Shown: positions 21,652-24,937 of the stretch, piece by piece
Layout of the letters: each line of letters starts with the position of its first letter
How positions within the stretch are numbered: position 1 is the first letter of the stretch
Origin: Chiloscyllium plagiosum
Taxonomy: Eukaryota
Direction of reading: 5' to 3'
Assembly (NCBI RefSeq): GCF_004010195.1
Contig: NC_057718.1
Coordinates: 4,507,620-4,532,556 of the forward strand
Length of the DNA: 24,937 nt
Notes under the pieces: generated by a model
The model's database searches: none
Seen by the model: the letters and a program-made list of their open reading frames with translations, nothing else
Told to the model about the DNA's origin: nothing
Translations under genes and position numbers: made by a program

Positions 21652-22264
21652 TGTTGTGATCTTTACAGAACAGAAGGTTGAAACGACCCAGAGTTCAGTT
21701 TGTAGGAGAATAAATTCAATCTGAGCAGGCCAACAAAGTAATTCAGCTCATTTCAGGGCATCAGTCAACCCAGCAGATGTTGATTCCAGTCTGTGGAGAT
21801 TCCAGGTCAGGAGAGCTTTAATCGAAAACTACAAGTTGTTAGAGGTGGAAATGTTTACACCAACAGATTAATAAATGGTTTATTCTCCTGATCTTGGGAA
21901 AGAATTGCAGAAATATGTCCACTCTTGAGGAGAAAGAAACTGGAAAGAGTCAGTTGAGCAGATATGGTGTGCTGAGATAGGAATGTGTCTCTGTGTCTCA
22001 TGAACAGATAGTGTTAGGGTAAAGGATGAAACTCCATTTGGATGTTTGCTTTAAGATCTTTTGGTCTGATTCCTCCCTCCTTCTATGTGGCTTTATTTTT
22101 CTTGCATTTCTTCTTGTGTGTGAAATATTTCTGTTCTGTTGTTAATCTCATCTGAATATATTGCAACGACTAACCAGCACAGTAATTAACTGCAAAAACG
22201 TTCCAGCCAGTTTTCATTTGGAGATCTGACTTGTTTAGTATTCGTATCAGCCGGGATCAAAACT
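21652..22264 (+). mobile_element. Degenerate LTR-like element
   Basis: Termini TGTTGTGATC...GATCAAAAC; 3' end shared with 15290-15330. Confidence 0.45.
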
Positions 22265-22419
22265 ATGGGAAGACCATTGGGTGTACCACCCTGGAGTGGG
22301 AGGGAAACTCCTGCAATGCTGGTATAAATCAAGCCTTGTAGCAGTCACTGGTAAAACGACACTTATCCACTCCCCACCACCCACCAACCAGTGGTTGGTG
22401 GTCCATGTGACACCTAGTT

Positions 22420-23850
22420 ACAAAGAAGATAGAAGATATTAATAAATGAATGGACCAAAATTTGGCAGCTGAAGTTTAACGTGGATAAAGATGAGGTTGT
22501 CTAATTTGTTTGGCAGAATGGAAAAGCAACTTATTTTCAAAATGGAGAGAGATATCAGAGTGCTTCAGTGCAGAGAGGTCTCAGTGTCCTTTTGTATGAA
22601 TGACAGAAAAGCGGTGTGCAGGAAACAGCAGGTAATAGGGAAGGCAAATGAAATGTTGGCATTTATTGCTCAAGGAAAAGAGTAGGGAAGTATTGCTGCA
22701 ACTGTACAAAGCATTAGAGAGACAGCACCTGGAGTATTGCATGTAATTTTTGGTTCCCTTCTTTGTGGAGGGATGTAGTTTTACTGGAGGAAGTTCAGAG
22801 GATATTCACTGAGTTGATTCCAGGGGTTTGCCTTCTGATGGAAGATCAAGCAGTTTAGGGCTACACTGTTCAGAGTTAAGAATGCTGAGCAGAGATCTAA
22901 TTGATGGATATAAGATGCTAAAGGAGATTGAGATAGAAGATACTTACAGGATGTATCTTCATGGGCAATCTAGAATGAAAGGTCATGGTGTTAAGGTAAG
23001 GGGTTGCAGATTTAAAACAGATGAGAAGAAATTACTTTTCGCAAAGGATCATGAATCTGTGGAATTCGCTGCTGCACAGATGGATGCTGGCACATTGAGT
23101 AAGTTTAAATAGGAAAGACAGATCTTGAATGAGTAGTGGGTCAAAGGGTTATGGATTGCAGGTAGGAAAGTGGAGTTGAGGCTACAATGAGGTCAGCTGT
23201 GCTCATATCATTTGGCAGAGCAAGCTCGAGCCTACTCTGGTTCCTCATTCTTATACCCTTTTATAAAAAGCTGCAGAAAGTTGTGGCAGAGAGGGATTTA
23301 TCCTTATGCATGAATTAAAAAAAGCTGACATAGAAGTTAAGTGGGTAATAGAGAGGGGAAATAGACTGTTTCAAAAGGAATGGAGTATTAACATAGAGAG
23401 ATGCTGCTAAAATAATGCAAAGCATGTGTCAGATCACATCTGAAATACTGTGAACAGGTCCCCTTATTGAAGGGAAGATATATTGGCATAGGAGGCAGTG
23501 TAGAGAAGATTTTCTAAATTGATCTCTGAAATGGAGAGCCTGTTTTATGAGGAAGGGTTGAGTATGTCAGGTCCATACTCAATGAAGTTTAGAAAATTGG
23601 AGGGTGACCTTATTGAAACATAAAAGATTCTCTGGAGATTTGATAGGGTTGGTGTGTTCTTTTCCCCCCTGTGAGCGAGTTCAGGACTCAGAATTAGAAG
23701 TTGCCTGTTTTAGACAGAAATGGAGAGGAATATTTTTGTGTTTGCTGACGGTAGTGTACTTGGGGGAATTCTGTACCACAGAGGAATATTGAAGCTGAGT
23801 CATTAAATACATTGAAGGCCGAGATAGACATTTTTAATCAGTAAGGGATT
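22420..23850 (+). mobile_element. Two tandem decayed CR1 3' fragments (~22420-23260 and ~23265-23850)
   Basis: QQVIGKANEMLAFI, RDLIDGYKMLK, and a second gggtgaccttattgaaacata segment. Confidence 0.8.
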
Positions 23851-24049
23851 ATTAAAACTGGGAGGCATGCGTTTCTCAGTGTCTGTTCCGGGATTTCTCC
23901 GACTTCTCATTCTTCTCCCTGTCACTCTATCTTCTTGCTAACATCTTTTTCTGTGTCTTTTCTTCTGTCTTTCCTGCCTTGTTTTCCTGTCTCTGCTTCA
24001 TTCTCTCTGTCTTTATCTATCTCCGTGTCTTATTCCTCTCTGGTCTTCC

Positions 24050-24312
24050 TGAGAAAGTTCAAAGGAGACATGAGGGACAAATGTTTACTTACAGAGACAG
24101 TTAGGAGTCTGGAATGCACAGTCAGGGCTGGTGGTGGAGGTGAATACACTAGGGGCAATTCAGGGGCTGTTAGACAAGCACATGAATATGTAAGGAATGG
24201 AGGGATATGGACTAAGACCAGGCAGAAGGGATTAGTTTAGTTTGGCATCATGTTCGGAACAACTTTGTGGACTGTAGGGCCAGTTCCTGTGCTGTACTGT
24301 TCTTTGTTCTAG
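24050..24312 (+). mobile_element. CR1 3' end
   Basis: agggccagttcctgtgctgtactgttctttgttcta tail. Confidence 0.7.
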
Positions 24313-24540
24313 AGATCCCCAGCTCATTGAACATAGCGCCAGCTGAACCTCAGGACCTTCAGAATCACTTTGGCACAATTCCTCAAGCATTGACCTGAAC
24401 ACGGGGAGGGAAAGGGTGTCCCTGGGGTTAGTTATAGATCCTTTAGCTGCTGTAAACTGGCCTCACATCATAAACGTACCTCTCTATACCCGATATTCTT
24501 TCAGAAAGTCTCAATGTAACAAGATTGAGGATTGAATGCG

Positions 24541-24593
24541 GAGACTGAAAGTTCTGGCTGGGAATGAAACAATACAGACAATCATTCCCCGAA
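24541..24593. promoter_or_regulatory. GAS site TTCCCCGAA (24585-24593) with nearby IRF-like motifs GAGACTGAAAGT and GGAATGAAAC
   Basis: Matches TTCNNNGAA; adjacent to the candidate IRG 5' exon donors. Confidence 0.4.
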
Positions 24594-24642
24594 CAACTTA
24601 CCTCCCGACATACCCCCCCCACCCTCCGGTCCTGGTACTTAC

Positions 24643-24700
24643 CTTCAGGGAAACCAGAATTGGCTCAGGAGAGACCAGTGAACTCAAGCTGTCCCAAAAT
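24643..24700 (-). other. Candidate 5'-UTR exon of the IRG gene
   Basis: Consensus donor AAG|gtaagt at 24643/24642, with a second GAG|gtaagt at 24602/24601. Possible acceptor ttctgtcaacag|. Lies in a non-repetitive island. Confidence 0.45.
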
Positions 24701-24734
24701 CTGTTGACAGAATATCTCTGAAGATTTAAAGGTA

Positions 24735-24937
24735 CATAAGAGGTACAGTTAGTAAGTTTGCAGATGACACTAAAATTGGAGGTGTAGTGGACAGCGAAGA
24801 GGGTTACCTCAGATTACAACAGGATCTGGACCAGATGGGCCAATGGGCTGAGGAGTGGCAGATGGAGTTTAATTCAGATAAATGCGAGGTGCTGCATTTT
24901 GGGAAAGCAAATCTTAGCAGGACTTATACACTTAATG
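24735..24937 (+). mobile_element. 5'-truncated CR1, RT core, running off the window
   Basis: Open frame SKFADDTKIGGVVDSEEGYLRLQQDLDQMGQWAEEWQMEFNSDKCEVLHFG. Confidence 0.9.

Noticed and set aside
22302..22330. NF-kB site GGGAAACTCC and nearby TATAAA
   Set aside because: Isolated motif among repeats; the TATA points away from the genes and no associated exon was found.

Overview
This is vertebrate genomic DNA, very probably shark. The evidence is HE1/V-SINE and SacSINE1-like SINEs, CR1 LINEs, Penelope-like termini and a ~60-bp satellite; these were recognised by eye, not by a database search. Two minus-strand immune genes lie head-to-tail. (1) An immunity-related p47 GTPase (IRG, GKS type) has its GTPase CDS in one exon (17703-18899, 398 aa), with candidate upstream exons at ~20.0-20.2 kb and ~24.65 kb. 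(2) A B7/butyrophilin-family Ig receptor can be assembled from six phase-1 exons: leader, IgV, IgC, IgC, TM and a short tail (383 aa from ATG 13756). It has an unusual V-C-C layout, and its IgV domain lacks the F-strand cysteine. Between the genes is an exact ISRE overlapping an AP-1/IRF composite (AICE) motif, and a GAS site lies next to the candidate IRG 5' exon. Together these suggest an interferon-regulated IRG + B7/BTN-like module. The rest is mostly decayed retroelements, including nested insertions with TSDs, solo LTRs, and Penelope termini with hammerhead-like cores. Most other ORFs in the supplied track are spurious or LINE debris.
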